DNA from: Methanothrix sp.
GTDB taxonomy: Archaea; Halobacteriota; Methanosarcinia; Methanotrichales; Methanotrichaceae
Direction of reading: 5' to 3'
NCBI GenBank assembly: GCA_963682135.1
Contig: OY821645.1
Coordinates: forward strand, 2,080,001 to 2,144,000
Length of the DNA: 64,000 bases
This document shows positions 29,734 to 40,844 of this stretch, piece after piece. The first letter of the stretch is position 1, and each line of letters opens with the position of its first letter. The position numbers and the translations under genes are program-made. The notes below the pieces were generated by a model. The model made no database searches, had not been told where the DNA came from, and saw only the letters and a list, made by a program, of their open reading frames with translations.

Positions 29734-29856
29734 GGTTTGTCCACCTCTGGCGGCTAGTATTTTGTGGTATTTAACATGTATGACGGGATGGTTTTTTGAC
29801 TGTAAGCAACTACTTAAACGGAGGAGTGGCAAGAGCCCTGAAAATGAGGTTTTTAA

Positions 29857-31503
29857 ATGAGGAGCGATGTCACTAAAGTAGGCAGAGAAAGAGCGCCTCA
29901 TAGGGCTCTCCTAAAGGCCACAGGCCTATGCGATGAAGAGATTCGTCGTCCCTTCATTGGAGTTGTCAACTCGTTTAATGATTTTATCCCGGGGCATATC
30001 CATCTCGACAAACTGGGTGCGGCAGTAAAAGCGGGCATACTCTCCGCCGGAGGCGTTCCCTTCGAATTCCAGACCATCGGCGTGTGCGACGGCATAGCCA
30101 TGGGCCATAAAGGCATGAGATACAGTCTGCCCAGTCGCGAGTTGATCGAAGACTCCATCGAGATCATGGCACAGGCCCATCAGCTAGATGGATTGGTAAT
30201 GATTCCCTCCTGCGACAAGATCGTTCCCGGTCATATCATGGCAGCAGGAAGACTGAACCTGCCCACCATCGTGGTCACGGGCGGGCCCATGATGCCCGGC
30301 TTTGCCTGCGACAAAGAGCTGGATCTGATCAACGTCTTTGAGGGCTGGCAGGCGGGAGGCGATACGCTTGATGCCCTGGAGGAGATGGCCTGTCCCGGTG
30401 CGGGATCGTGCGCCGGTCTATTTACCGCCAATACCATGGCCTGCCTAACCGAAGCTATGGGCCTATCCCTGCCCGGCTGCGCCACCACTCATGCCGTGGA
30501 CGCGCTAAAGATGCGCCAGGCGAAACTTTCGGGCATGAAGATCATGGAATTGGTGAAGCGAGGAATTACCGCCCGGCAGATAGTAACAAGCGAATCACTG
30601 GACAATGCCATTCGCGTGGACATGGCCATCGGCGGATCTACAAATACCGTTTTGCACGTAATGGCCATAGCTGCGGAGTTTGGCCTGGATCTGAATTTGG
30701 ACCGCTTCGACCAATTGAGTCGCGAGACACCCCATCTAGTCAACCTGCGACCAGGCGGTCCTCACCATATTCTCGACCTGGACCGGGCCGGCGGAATTCC
30801 CGCGGTCATGAACCGGCTTGGCTCGCTGCTTCATTTGGACACTCTTACCGTCACTGGCAAAAAACTGGGCGAGAACCTGGATGCCTTTAGGCCAGTCAAT
30901 CCAAAGACCAATAAGGCAGTTATAGCCACACTCGATGCCCCCGTGCATGTTCAAGGCGGCATAGCCATAATGTTTGGCAACCTGGCGCCCGAAGGGGCCG
31001 TGGTCAAGCAGACGGCGGTATCCCCACCCATGCTCAAGCATACCGGCCCGGCCAAAGTATACGACTCTGAGGAGGAATCCATGACAGGCATCGTAAACGG
31101 TGGCGTTGTGGCCGGCGATGTGGTGATAATAAGATACGAAGGGCCCAGAGGCGGACCGGGCATGAGAGAGACGCTCGCACCTACATCCGCCATTGCAGGC
31201 GCCGGCCTATCCGAATCAGTGGCTCTTATCACTGACGGACGCTTTAGCGGTGGAACCCGAGGCCCATGCATCGGCCATGTCTCTCCCGAAGCCGCGGTAG
31301 GAGGTCCCATCGCCCTTGTAGAGAACGGAGACATGATCTCAATAGATATCCCTGCCAGAAAAATCGATTTGCTTGTCGATCCCAAGGTAATGGAAATAAG
31401 AAAGAAGGCATGGGTTCCCCCCGAGCCCAAGATAAAGAGCGGCATTCTGGCCCGCTACAGAAACTCGGTCACCTCCGCCAGCAGAGGCAGTGTACTTCGA
31501 TGA
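29857..31503 (+). CDS. ilvD: Dihydroxy-acid dehydratase
   Basis: [49 protein letters not shown] and TDGRFSGGT motifs. Confidence 0.98.
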   Translation: MRSDVTKVGRERAPHRALLKATGLCDEEIRRPFIGVVNSFNDFIPGHIHLDKLGAAVKAGILSAGGVPFEFQTIGVCDGIAMGHKGMRYSLPSRELIEDSIEIMAQAHQLDGLVMIPSCDKIVPGHIMAAGRLNLPTIVVTGGPMMPGFACDKELDLINVFEGWQAGGDTLDALEEMACPGAGSCAGLFTANTMACLTEAMGLSLPGCATTHAVDALKMRQAKLSGMKIMELVKRGITARQIVTSESLDNAIRVDMAIGGSTNTVLHVMAIAAEFGLDLNLDRFDQLSRETPHLVNLRPGGPHHILDLDRAGGIPAVMNRLGSLLHLDTLTVTGKKLGENLDAFRPVNPKTNKAVIATLDAPVHVQGGIAIMFGNLAPEGAVVKQTAVSPPMLKHTGPAKVYDSEEESMTGIVNGGVVAGDVVIIRYEGPRGGPGMRETLAPTSAIAGAGLSESVALITDGRFSGGTRGPCIGHVSPEAAVGGPIALVENGDMISIDIPARKIDLLVDPKVMEIRKKAWVPPEPKIKSGILARYRNSVTSASRGSVLR

Positions 31504-32045
31504 CCGGAATAAGGTGCTTTGTGGCCGTAGAGCTTCCAAGCCTCATGCGCGAGGAGATTGGAAGCCTGCAAGGCCGCATCGCGACGAAAGGCCTGCGGCT
31601 CGTGAGGCCGGAATTGGTGCATGTCACCATAAAATTCCTGGGTGACGTGCCGCAAGAAAATGTGAAGCTCGTGACCGAGGCACTGGGAAGAGTTAAGGCT
31701 GCACCCTTCCCGGCACGGGTTTCGGGTATGGGCGCTTTTCCTGGGAAGGCGGTACGTGTGGTGTGGCTTGGGCTCACAGGAAATTTCCAGGAGCTTTACA
31801 GGAATGTGGAGCTGGCCTTGGAGCCGCTGGGCTTTGCGCCCGAGGCTCGGGGCTTCTCTGCTCATGTAACCCTGGGCCGGGTGGCCCGCCCCAACCCAGA
31901 TATGAGCAGCCATCTGGGCGAAAGAATCGCAGAATTCTCTTCCTTGGACTTGGGCGGCTTCAATGTAGACCGATTCTATCTTAAGAAGAGCACACTCACC
32001 GCGGGAGGGCCGATCTACGAAGACCTGGCAGTATTCCCTCTCTGA
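31500..32045 (+). CDS. thpR: RNA 2',3'-cyclic phosphodiesterase (2H family)
   Basis: RCFVAV and two HxT motifs ([14 protein letters not shown]), ending in GPIYE. ATGA overlap with ilvD. Confidence 0.93.
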   Translation: MTGIRCFVAVELPSLMREEIGSLQGRIATKGLRLVRPELVHVTIKFLGDVPQENVKLVTEALGRVKAAPFPARVSGMGAFPGKAVRVVWLGLTGNFQELYRNVELALEPLGFAPEARGFSAHVTLGRVARPNPDMSSHLGERIAEFSSLDLGGFNVDRFYLKKSTLTAGGPIYEDLAVFPL

Positions 32046-33372
32046 AATACAAGAAGCGGTACTTGGCAAGGTCAGGCCCGGATTATCCGACAAGAAACGA
32101 ATTGCGGAAACCTCGACCGCCATTATCGCCCGCGTAGAGAATCTGGCAAGGGAGCATGGCCTCTCTCTCCAGGCCATGCTGGTAGGCTCTGCAGCCAGAG
32201 GCACGTGGCTTTCCGGTGATCATGATCTGGACATATTCTTAGGGGTGCCTCCAGAGGACGACCTAGGAGCTGCCCTGAATATTGCCAGGCTTGTCGCTGC
32301 GGATCATGAGGAAAAATATGCTGAGCACGCCTACGTCCACGCTCGAATGGATGGCTTTGACGTCGACCTGGTTCCCTGCTATCTGGTGAATGATGCCTCT
32401 CACCTGAAGTCGGCAGTGGATCGGACCCCCTTTCACACAAAATACGTGAGTACCAGAATCACGGGCAAAGAGGACGATGTACTTCTCCTAAAGCAGTTCA
32501 TGAAGGGCGTAAATGTCTATGGATCGGAGCTGAAGACGGGCGGCTTTTCCGGCTATCTGACTGAGCTTCTCGTGCTCTGCTACGGTTCCTTTGTTGCCGT
32601 GCTCCGGGCAGCATCCACCTGGCGCCCCGGTCAGAGCTTGGACCTGGAAGGGCACGCCGCCGTGAGGCACGACGAGCCCCTGATCGTGGTCGATCCGGTC
32701 GATCCGAGAAGAAATGTGGCTGCTGCGCTGACTTTAGACAAGATGCTCCAGTTCGCCGGGGCGGCGCGCTCTTTTCTGGCTGAGCCGAAGCTTGATTTCT
32801 TCTTTCCCACACCCCTGCCGTCACTATCCGATGAGGAGCTGATTGCTGAGGTAAATGCACGGGGAACAATGCCCATCCTCCTTGAGTTTGCCGCGCCCGA
32901 TGTGGTGGAAGATGTACTCTATCCTCAGCTTCGCAAAGCAGAAGGCTCCATTAAAGCGCTTCTTGAGCGAAACGGCTTTTTGCTGCTGCGTAGCGACGTT
33001 TCGACCTATCGCGACAGAGCCGTGATGCTCTTTGAGATGCAGGTCTGGCAGCTCTCCAAAGCCTGCCGGCGCATCGGTCCGCCTGCCTGGGAAACTGAGC
33101 ACGCCGCTCGCTTCCTGGCAGCCCATCCCCGCCCCCTTTCCGGCCCCTACATCTCGAACGGCAAAGTCGTGGTGGAAGAAGCACGCCAATACACCTCTGC
33201 TCGTGATCTTCTAGCTTCAAATATCGCAAACCTCTCCCTCGGAAAGCATCTTTGCGCGTCCATTCGCGAGGGGCACAATATATATGTGGGCCTGGAACTG
33301 CTGGGCATAAAGGATGAAGGCTTTCGTATCTTCCTGGCTCATTATTTCAGGACCGAATTTCGTATCGGTTAA
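32017..33372 (+). CDS. cca: CCA-adding enzyme (archaeal class I)
   Basis: [42 protein letters not shown] and DPVDP.RNVAAA motifs. The first ATG is at 32176, but homology extends upstream, so the start is uncertain (see findings). Confidence 0.92.
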   Translation, partial: TKTWQYSLSEIQEAVLGKVRPGLSDKKRIAETSTAIIARVENLAREHGLSLQAMLVGSAARGTWLSGDHDLDIFLGVPPEDDLGAALNIARLVAADHEEKYAEHAYVHARMDGFDVDLVPCYLVNDASHLKSAVDRTPFHTKYVSTRITGKEDDVLLLKQFMKGVNVYGSELKTGGFSGYLTELLVLCYGSFVAVLRAASTWRPGQSLDLEGHAAVRHDEPLIVVDPVDPRRNVAAALTLDKMLQFAGAARSFLAEPKLDFFFPTPLPSLSDEELIAEVNARGTMPILLEFAAPDVVEDVLYPQLRKAEGSIKALLERNGFLLLRSDVSTYRDRAVMLFEMQVWQLSKACRRIGPPAWETEHAARFLAAHPRPLSGPYISNGKVVVEEARQYTSARDLLASNIANLSLGKHLCASIREGHNIYVGLELLGIKDEGFRIFLAHYFRTEFRIG

Positions 33373-34385
33373 GAGAAGCAGTTCCAGTAGCGGCTCTGTA
33401 TTTTTTTGATCTCCTCGATTCTCCCAGCAACGCTACCGTCCGTGCCTCTTATTTGCGCCGCTTCTCCGCCAAAAGCTCTGATCTCGGCTACAACCGCTTC
33501 TGCCTGCGCCTGTAAGTTGTATCCGCCTTCCAGGGTGGCAGCCAGTCTTCCCCGGCAGCAATCATTGGCTATTTCCTTAACCAGGAAAGCGATTGCTCCA
33601 AAGCCTTCTGAGGTAAGACGCATGCCGCCCAGAGGATCGTCCTTGTGAGGGTCCTGACCAGCCGAAACGAGAACTATGTCTGGCTTAAATTCCATAGCTA
33701 TGGGCTTTAAGATCTCCCTGTAAGCCATAAGATAACCAGCGTCTCCAGTGGCTGAGGGAAGAGGCACATTTACCGTGAAACCTTCGCCGCCGTCCTCTCC
33801 AACCTCATCTGCTCTTCCAGTTCCCGGATAGTGGGGATACTGGTGGGTGGAGAAATATAGTACGCTGGAATCCGAATAGAACACGTCGTTAGTGCCGTTG
33901 CCGTGATGCACATCCCAGTCTACTATGAGCACTTTCTTCGCGCCCTGTGACTGGGCATGCTTCGCGGCGATGGCAACGTTATTGAAGATACAAAATCCCA
34001 TGCCGCGATTGGGCATAGCATGATGACCGGGGGGCCGGACCAGGGCAAAGGCGCTATCGTAACTCCCTAGAACGGCATCAACCGCAGCTATTGCACCGCC
34101 GGCGGCCATCAGGGCGGCATCGTAGGAATTCGGGGAAAGGACAGTATCGACATCCAGGTAACCGCCACCGTGCTCGCAGACAGCCTTTACCTGATCGATA
34201 TACCTCCGTCCGTGTATGGTTGCAACCTGGGTTTTGGTCGCGAGCTTCGGTGTTATGAAGTCGACATCGAGCTTTTCCGATCGAATTTTATCCAGGATTG
34301 CAGTGAGGCGCTCCTTTTTCTCCGGATGTCCGTCAGTCTCGTGTTGCAGATAGATGGGATGATAAACCAGGCCAGTTCGAGTCAT
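33369..34385 (-). CDS. Histone deacetylase family protein
   Basis: HPE...[37 protein letters not shown] and LEGGY motifs. Start at MTRTG. Confidence 0.95.
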   Translation of the reverse strand: MTRTGLVYHPIYLQHETDGHPEKKERLTAILDKIRSEKLDVDFITPKLATKTQVATIHGRRYIDQVKAVCEHGGGYLDVDTVLSPNSYDAALMAAGGAIAAVDAVLGSYDSAFALVRPPGHHAMPNRGMGFCIFNNVAIAAKHAQSQGAKKVLIVDWDVHHGNGTNDVFYSDSSVLYFSTHQYPHYPGTGRADEVGEDGGEGFTVNVPLPSATGDAGYLMAYREILKPIAMEFKPDIVLVSAGQDPHKDDPLGGMRLTSEGFGAIAFLVKEIANDCCRGRLAATLEGGYNLQAQAEAVVAEIRAFGGEAAQIRGTDGSVAGRIEEIKKIQSRYWNCFS

Positions 34386-35149
34386 GCTTGATGAATTGCG
34401 ACGCCATTCGCAAAAACTGTTTTCCCCGGATATTTTGTGCATAACTTGGGGGAAATAACTTGCAAAAGAATCCTGGTTGCCGGTAATATCATTATGCTGC
34501 AACACTCATGCCCCATGGCCACTGCAAGCGCAACTTTGCCGTTTGAGTAATTGTAAAAACGCTTTAATCAAAAAAAATTATTCATGATAATCTGAATTTG
34601 CACATCAGGAACACTGTTGAAAAGTATTTATAGAATGATATTTAATCAATGAGTTCTAAATGGAGAACAGTTAAATGAACAAATATTATAATAGATTGTT
34701 ATAAAACACTTCTTTGTGTCATGTAACGGTCCGTCGCCAAATGGGATTAAACTGATTCGATTGCCTATGTCACATCCGGCATCTAATTGTCCCGCAGGAG
34801 AATAGTCTTTAAATAGGTAGTGACAAATGCAACTTTGAGCCTTGTAAAGCTCTTTGGTAGATTGCTTGGCTAGACAGAGGAAGAACAGCACCAAGCTGCT
34901 AGCAGAGGACCAAAAAAGATATAATAGGGAAATAGTCTATCACTACCTTATATCCCTTATGGGATCTTGTGGAGGGTGACGTAGCTATATACATGTCTGA
35001 GAGACGCCAGGCGGCAGTGGCATCGTAGGAAATCTCGATCCACAATATGTAGCTGGGCGATCGAAGACTTTATTCAGGCAATAGTTTTAAGAATAATCAG
35101 ACTGTATGCTGCTGAAAGTGATCGTAAAGGGAAATTAGGAGGTTAAAAG

Positions 35150-37282
35150 ATGAAGAAATTGGCTGCAATTACGCTTACATCGATGATGCTGTTATTAGCA
35201 ACAGCGATGGTAGTTGGGGCTGTGGATTCTGCAGAGATCCGCGGACAAGTTGCCACCGGCAACTTCGAGTGGACTGCCCAGAATTTCGCCGGCTTCTACT
35301 ATGATATCGATGATGACCTGGGAACTGAGAAGCTCACCACCTCAATTACTGAGGGTAACAAGCTCCAGGAGCCCAGCGGTGTATCCTACACCACAACTGT
35401 CCAGAAGAATGACTTTGACTTCGCTGACTGGGGATTCTACAACGTCATCGGATTCCAGGCTAACAAGTACTTCGCAGGATATGTCAACGACGAGAACGTC
35501 GATGATGCCAACGAGATCCTGTTCAAGGAATCCACCGACGAGAACTCTCTCTCCGACGAGCAGCTCGAAGCCATCCTGAAGGATGACGACACTGAGATGA
35601 CCGTCACATCCGGCACACCCCTCAAGATGGAAGAGGGCTATGAGCTGGCTATCAAGTCCATTGATATCGACGGCAACAAGGTTTACCTCGAGCTCTCCAA
35701 GGATGGATCCGTAGTAGACAGCAAGGTCATTTCCCCGTCCAAGGATAACCCAACCATGGCCGACAAGACCTACTACTACAAGAAGACCGTAGGAGACTCC
35801 AAGGATCTGGTAACCATCGCTGCTCACTTCAAGAACGCCTTCCGTGGCTCCGATTCAAACCTCGCTACCATTGACGGCATCTGGCAGATTTCCGATGTTC
35901 CAACCGAGGTCAAGGTCGACACAGAGTACGACAAGATGAGAATCGCAAGCGTCTCTGCCGACACCATCACCATGGATAACAAGGACAACACAGTAACTCT
36001 GAGCAAGAACAAGGATATCACCCTCATGGGCAACGTCAAGATCGTAACCTCCGATCAGGATGTAATCGACGACGCTAACCCACAAAGGTACTACGTAGCA
36101 AAGGTAGAAACTGCACCCGGCACATATGAGATCCGCGGACAGGTTGCCACCGGCAACTTCGAGTGGACCGCCAAGAATTTCGCCGGCTTCTACTACGATA
36201 TTGATGATGACCTGGGAACTGAGAAGCTCACCACCACAATCACTGAGGGCAACAAGCTCCAGGAGCCCAGCGGTGTAACCTACACCACATCCGTCCAGAA
36301 GAATGACTTCGACTTTGGAGACTGGGGATTCTACAACGTCATCGGATTCCAGGCCAACAAGTACTTCGCTGGCTATGTCAACGACGAGACCGTCGATGAT
36401 GCTAACGAGATCCTGTTCAAGGAATCCACCGACGAGAACTCTCTCTCCGACGAGCAACTCGAAGCTATCCTGAAGGATGACGACACTGAGATGACCGTCA
36501 CATCCGGCACACCCCTCAAGCTGGAAGAGGGATATGAGCTGGCTATCAAGTCCATTGATATCGACGGCAACAAGGTTTACCTCGAGCTCTCCAAGGATGG
36601 ATCCGTAGTAGACAGCAAGGTCATTTCCCCGTCCAAGGATAACCCAACCATGGCCGACAAGACCTACTACTACAAGAAGACCGTAGGAGACTCCAAGGAC
36701 CTGGTAACCATCGCTGCTCACTTCAAGAATGCCTTCCGTGGCTCCGACTCAAACCTGGCCACAATTGACGGCATCTGGCAGATTTCCGATGTTCCAACCG
36801 AGGTCAAGGTCGACACAGAGTACAACAAGATGAGAATCGCAAGCGTCTCTGCTGACACCATCACCATGGACAACAAGGACAACACAGTAACTCTGAGCAA
36901 GAACAAGGACATCGAACTGATGGGCGACGTCAGCATTAAGACATCCGACCAGGATGTAATCGATGATGCCAACCCACAGAGATACTACATCTACAAGGAT
37001 GTCACCATAGAGGGCGCTGCACCTGCCGCTGAGGCTGCACCCGCTGTCGAAGCCGCACCTGCCGCTGAGGCTGCACCTGCCGCTGAGGCCGCACCTGCCG
37101 CTGAGGCCGCACCTGTAGTCGAAGAGAACAAGACTGCTGAGGCCGCACCTGCCGCTGAAGCCGCACCTGTCGCTGAGAACAAGACTGCTGAACCCGCCAA
37201 GACACAGCCCGGATTCGAGAGCATCTTCGCTATCGCCGGACTCCTGGCAGTTGCATTCTTGGTACTTGGCCGCAGAGAGTAA
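35150..37282 (+). CDS. S-layer protein (two DUF1608-type repeats, Ala/Pro/Glu linker, PGF-CTERM anchor)
   Basis: Signal peptide; duplicated EIRGQVA..NF.W...NFAGFYYDIDD domain; C-terminal QPGFE + TM + RRE; strong codon bias. Confidence 0.93.
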   Translation: MKKLAAITLTSMMLLLATAMVVGAVDSAEIRGQVATGNFEWTAQNFAGFYYDIDDDLGTEKLTTSITEGNKLQEPSGVSYTTTVQKNDFDFADWGFYNVIGFQANKYFAGYVNDENVDDANEILFKESTDENSLSDEQLEAILKDDDTEMTVTSGTPLKMEEGYELAIKSIDIDGNKVYLELSKDGSVVDSKVISPSKDNPTMADKTYYYKKTVGDSKDLVTIAAHFKNAFRGSDSNLATIDGIWQISDVPTEVKVDTEYDKMRIASVSADTITMDNKDNTVTLSKNKDITLMGNVKIVTSDQDVIDDANPQRYYVAKVETAPGTYEIRGQVATGNFEWTAKNFAGFYYDIDDDLGTEKLTTTITEGNKLQEPSGVTYTTSVQKNDFDFGDWGFYNVIGFQANKYFAGYVNDETVDDANEILFKESTDENSLSDEQLEAILKDDDTEMTVTSGTPLKLEEGYELAIKSIDIDGNKVYLELSKDGSVVDSKVISPSKDNPTMADKTYYYKKTVGDSKDLVTIAAHFKNAFRGSDSNLATIDGIWQISDVPTEVKVDTEYNKMRIASVSADTITMDNKDNTVTLSKNKDIELMGDVSIKTSDQDVIDDANPQRYYIYKDVTIEGAAPAAEAAPAVEAAPAAEAAPAAEAAPAAEAAPVVEENKTAEAAPAAEAAPVAENKTAEPAKTQPGFESIFAIAGLLAVAFLVLGRRE
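35234..36989 (+). repeat. Internal tandem duplication of the S-layer domain (period 894 bp)
   Basis: GAGATCCGCGGACA starts at 35234 and 36128, with long near-identical DNA stretches. Confidence 0.9.
37019..37170 (+). repeat. 18-bp tandem repeats encoding AEAAPA
   Basis: Repeated GCACCTGCCGCTGAGGCY units. Confidence 0.9.
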
Positions 37283-37292
37283 GATCTAATAG

Positions 37293-37330
37293 CTGGAGTG
37301 CCCTCGGGCTCTCCAGAACTATCTCTTTTT
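37293..37330 (+). terminator. Hairpin + T-run after the S-layer gene
   Basis: CTGGAGTGCCC-TC-GGGCTCTCCAG followed by CTCTTTTTT. Confidence 0.7.
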
Positions 37331-37564
37331 TAGTCAGTCTCGTTGTTATTTTCTGCTCAAAATTATCTATTGACGCAATAGGTTCAACTCTCACCAAAAA
37401 AGATATATAGGATATTCTGCGATTCGAGCTTACCCGGTAATCCTTAATGAAATAGAGGGCTTTGAGGCCGCACTAAGATTGCATTGCCAAGTCTAAAATT
37501 GCTGCTTTCAAAGATATATTCATGGATGACCAGCAAGGGTAAAGTAAAAGGAGGACTAAAAATA

Positions 37565-37876
37565 ATGAAACTCGGATCAATAATCCTTGTAGCGCTGATG
37601 ATGCTGTTCACAGCGGCTATAGCCGTAAATGCCGAAGATACTGCTGCCAAAGAGACAATCGAGAAGGATATCAATACCACTGAGCACGCTGCCGAAGAAA
37701 TAAAGGAAACCGTAGCTGCAGTCTCTGAGAATGCAACTGTAGAGGCAAAGGAAGCAAAAGAGAACGTAACCGAAGCCGTCAAGACCGAAGAGAAAGCTGC
37801 GCCGGGATTTGAGGGCATCTTTGCCATAGCCGGCCTGCTGGCAATCGCTGGCCTTGTGCTGAGCAGAAGAGAGTAA
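37565..37876 (+). CDS. Small PGF-CTERM surface protein
   Basis: AGGAGG SD; signal peptide; acidic low-complexity body; APGFEGIFAIAGLLAIAGLVLSRRE tail. Confidence 0.88.
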   Translation: MKLGSIILVALMMLFTAAIAVNAEDTAAKETIEKDINTTEHAAEEIKETVAAVSENATVEAKEAKENVTEAVKTEEKAAPGFEGIFAIAGLLAIAGLVLSRRE

Positions 37877-37947
37877 AGGGCTTTTCTTGCCCTATAAAAC
37901 CCTTTTTACATTTGCTATACATATTATGAGCACCATTAATTACTCCG

Positions 37948-38972
37948 GTGAATTTCATGGCACCAGAGACGATTAAAGTGGCACAGTTCTGGAAAAAGCT
38001 GAATGGAGACGCCGAGTGCAGTCTCTGCCACCAGCAATGCCGCATCCGGCCTGGAAAGAGGGGATTATGCGGGGTACGGGAAAACCAGAATGAGAAGCTC
38101 ATGACCCTGGTATACGGAAGCCTGGTAGCGGCTAATGCCGATCCCATTGAGAAGAAGCCCTTCTATCATTTTCTGCCCGCAGCCTCGCCTATTCCATAGC
38201 TACCGTAGGCTGCAACTTCCGCTGTCTGCATTGTCAGAATGCAGACATATCTCAACTTCCTCGAGAAACCGGCCTGATTCCAGGAGATTTTGTTAGCCCA
38301 GAGGATGTGGTTGCTCGGGCTTGTGCTCTTGGTTGCCAGTCCATCGCCTACACTTATTCCGAACCCACCATCTTCTTCGAGTATGCCTTTGATGTAGCTA
38401 CTTTGGCCCATCAAGCAGGACTCAAGAATGTCTTTGTCAGCAACGGTTACATGGGTGAGGAGGCAGCACAAAAAATTATTCCCCTATTGGACGGTATTAA
38501 CATTGATCTGAAGGGTGACGATCAATTCTACCGAAAAGTCTGTGGAGCGAAACTGGAGCCTGTAGAGCACAACATCGAGCTGTTCTGGAAGAGTGGTGTC
38601 TTCGTGGAGGTTACAACCCTCCTCATTCCCGGTTACAACGACTCGGAGGAAATTCTAACCAATCTAGCTTCCTTTTTGGCAGGCGTAAGTCCGAATATGC
38701 CCTGGCATATCTCCGCCTTCTATCCCATGTATAAGATGAAAGAGGTCCCCCGGACTGGGGTAGATTCACTTCACAGGGGCCTATCTGCAGGCAGCGAAGC
38801 TGGCTTGAAGTACGTCTATGCAGGCAACCTCCCTGGCGAGATCGAGGATACCTTCTGCCCGGTCTGCAAAGAGGTCCTCATTGAGCGGCAGGGATATCAG
38901 ATTCGGAGAAATTCCGTAATCGATGGGCATTGTAGCAAATGCAGCACAAATCTTTCCGGGGTATGGAACTGA
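37948..38972 (+). pseudogene. amrS: AmmeMemoRadiSam radical SAM enzyme, frameshifted near 38179
   Basis: CSLC...C......G.CGVR.N and DPIEKKPFYHFLP lie in one frame. SIATVGCNFRCLHCQN..IS, YSEPT and YVYAGN lie in another. Adding one G (CCC GGC AGC) rejoins them. Confidence 0.85.
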
Positions 38973-39068
38973 TTAGATATGATATAAAGAATAATACTGC
39001 ATGAACCCATTTTTTTTGCAGGCCTTACAAAACTCTTAAGTATCGGTCGGTACTGACTGTCATCTTAT

Positions 39069-40277
39069 ATGCCATTTTGCTCTGTAGAAGATGCGATTTT
39101 AGACCTCCAATCAGGCCGCTTCATCATAGTGTTGGATGATGAGAACCGAGAGAACGAGGGTGACCTGATGATGGCCGCGGAAAAGGTGACACCTGATGCC
39201 ATAAATTTCATGGCTCGCTATGCTCGCGGACTGATTTGCATGCCCATGACTGCGGAAAGGCTGAGGGAGCTGAGCTTACAGCTCATGACCGTCCAGAATA
39301 CGGAGTCGATGGGCACGGCATTTACGATATCTGTTGATGCCAAAGCCAACACCACCACCGGCATTTCCGCTTTTGATCGAGCGACAACTGTTCAGACCCT
39401 TATAGACCCTAAAACAAGGCGAAGCGATATTGTCACTCCCGGCCATCTATTTCCCCTGCAAGCCAAAGAGGGAGGCGTCTTGCGGCGTACCGGCCATACC
39501 GAAGCATGCGTGGACCTGGCACGACTGGCAGGCCTCTATCCTGCGGGCGTCATTTGTGAGATCATGAATGATGACGGCAGCATGGCGAGGCTGCCCGAGC
39601 TGGAGATATTTGCCGAGCAACACGGCATTAGAATGATGACCATAGAGAGCCTCATCAGCTATCGCATGCAGCGCGAGAAGCTCGTGTGCATGGTATCAGA
39701 TGTGAGCATGCCCACAGATTACGGATACTTCAGGGCTATAGGTTATGAGTCCGTTTTAGACGGCCAGTGTCATGTAGCCTTCGTGGCGGGGGACCCGCAG
39801 GCCCCCGACGCCCTGGTCAGGGTGCACTCGGAGTGCCTCACCGGTGACGTCTTCTCCTCCAAACGCTGCGATTGCGGCGAGCAACTTCGCAGAGCTCTGC
39901 ACCTCATCAGCGATAACGGAAATGGTGTACTGCTTTACATGCGCCAGGAAGGCAGAGGCATTGGCCTTGCCAACAAGCTGCGCGCTTATGCACTACAGGA
40001 CGCGGGATCAGATACGGTCGAAGCCAACAACGAACTGGGCTACCCGGCAGACCTCAGGGATTACGGTATTGGCGCCCAGATCCTGGTCGACCTGGGCATA
40101 AAGGAGATTCGTCTCCTGACCAACAACCCCCGCAAAGTGGTCGGCCTGGAAGGATATGGCCTGAAGATAGTTGAGCGCATTCCTCTGGAAATCGAGCCCA
40201 ATAATATTAACAGGAGATATCTGGAGACAAAAAGGGATAAAATGCACCATCTGCTTCTCCAAAACAGTGCACTGTGA
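39069..40277 (+). CDS. ribBA: Bifunctional 3,4-dihydroxy-2-butanone-4-phosphate synthase / GTP cyclohydrolase II
   Basis: [43 protein letters not shown] and LLTNNPRK motifs. Confidence 0.96.
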   Translation: MPFCSVEDAILDLQSGRFIIVLDDENRENEGDLMMAAEKVTPDAINFMARYARGLICMPMTAERLRELSLQLMTVQNTESMGTAFTISVDAKANTTTGISAFDRATTVQTLIDPKTRRSDIVTPGHLFPLQAKEGGVLRRTGHTEACVDLARLAGLYPAGVICEIMNDDGSMARLPELEIFAEQHGIRMMTIESLISYRMQREKLVCMVSDVSMPTDYGYFRAIGYESVLDGQCHVAFVAGDPQAPDALVRVHSECLTGDVFSSKRCDCGEQLRRALHLISDNGNGVLLYMRQEGRGIGLANKLRAYALQDAGSDTVEANNELGYPADLRDYGIGAQILVDLGIKEIRLLTNNPRKVVGLEGYGLKIVERIPLEIEPNNINRRYLETKRDKMHHLLLQNSAL

Positions 40278-40282
40278 TAAAT

Positions 40283-40768
40283 CTAAAGATATGCCTCCTG
40301 AATTCTCACCACCTCTGCCGAATCCCTGGCGGCGGCATACTCCTGCAAAGGCTCCTGGTTAAGTTTTAAAAATACGTGACCCCAGTTGAATTTAGAGAGT
40401 ATCAATTCCGCCTGCTCTCTCTCTCCTAATATTATCAGCCCTGCGGCCAGTGCCTCCACTGTGGAGAGCTTGAAGGGCTTTCCATAATTCACAGGATTAG
40501 CGGCCACCAGGAACGGCAGAGCTCTCTCCACTAGCTTAAAGCGCATGAAGACCGCCTCGGCGTGAGCCCAGCTGCAGTCCAGGGCAGCCAGCCCCCTTGC
40601 CCCTTTGTCCTCAGGGGAGAGCGCCTTTTGTGAAAACGGACTGAGGACCAGGTACGTCCTCAGCTGGTCAATATGATGGGTTAGACGAACCAGATCGAAG
40701 CGGGCCAGCCTTTTTCCTGAGCATTTCTTGGGGTTGCACTGATCTGCATGATAGATGAGAAGCTCCAT
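40283..40768 (-). CDS. tsr3: 16S rRNA aminocarboxypropyltransferase Tsr3 (DUF367)
   Basis: QCNPKKCSG, LDCSW, RALPFLVAANPVNYGKP.KLSTVEA and FNWG..F motifs. Confidence 0.93.
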   Translation of the reverse strand: MELLIYHADQCNPKKCSGKRLARFDLVRLTHHIDQLRTYLVLSPFSQKALSPEDKGARGLAALDCSWAHAEAVFMRFKLVERALPFLVAANPVNYGKPFKLSTVEALAAGLIILGEREQAELILSKFNWGHVFLKLNQEPLQEYAAARDSAEVVRIQEAYL

Positions 40769-40844
40769 ATTGCTAATGGTCTACCGATAATCCTATTAAC
40801 ATTGTGTTCAACAGCTCAAGCAGCCAAAGAGCGGGAGCATTCTG

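Noticed and set aside
37019-37170. Possible CRISPR-like repeats
   Set aside because: These are in-frame 18-bp coding repeats with no unique spacers and no cas genes nearby.
35342-37224. Minus-strand ORFs over the S-layer gene
   Set aside because: They are antisense shadows caused by codon bias and the internal duplication.
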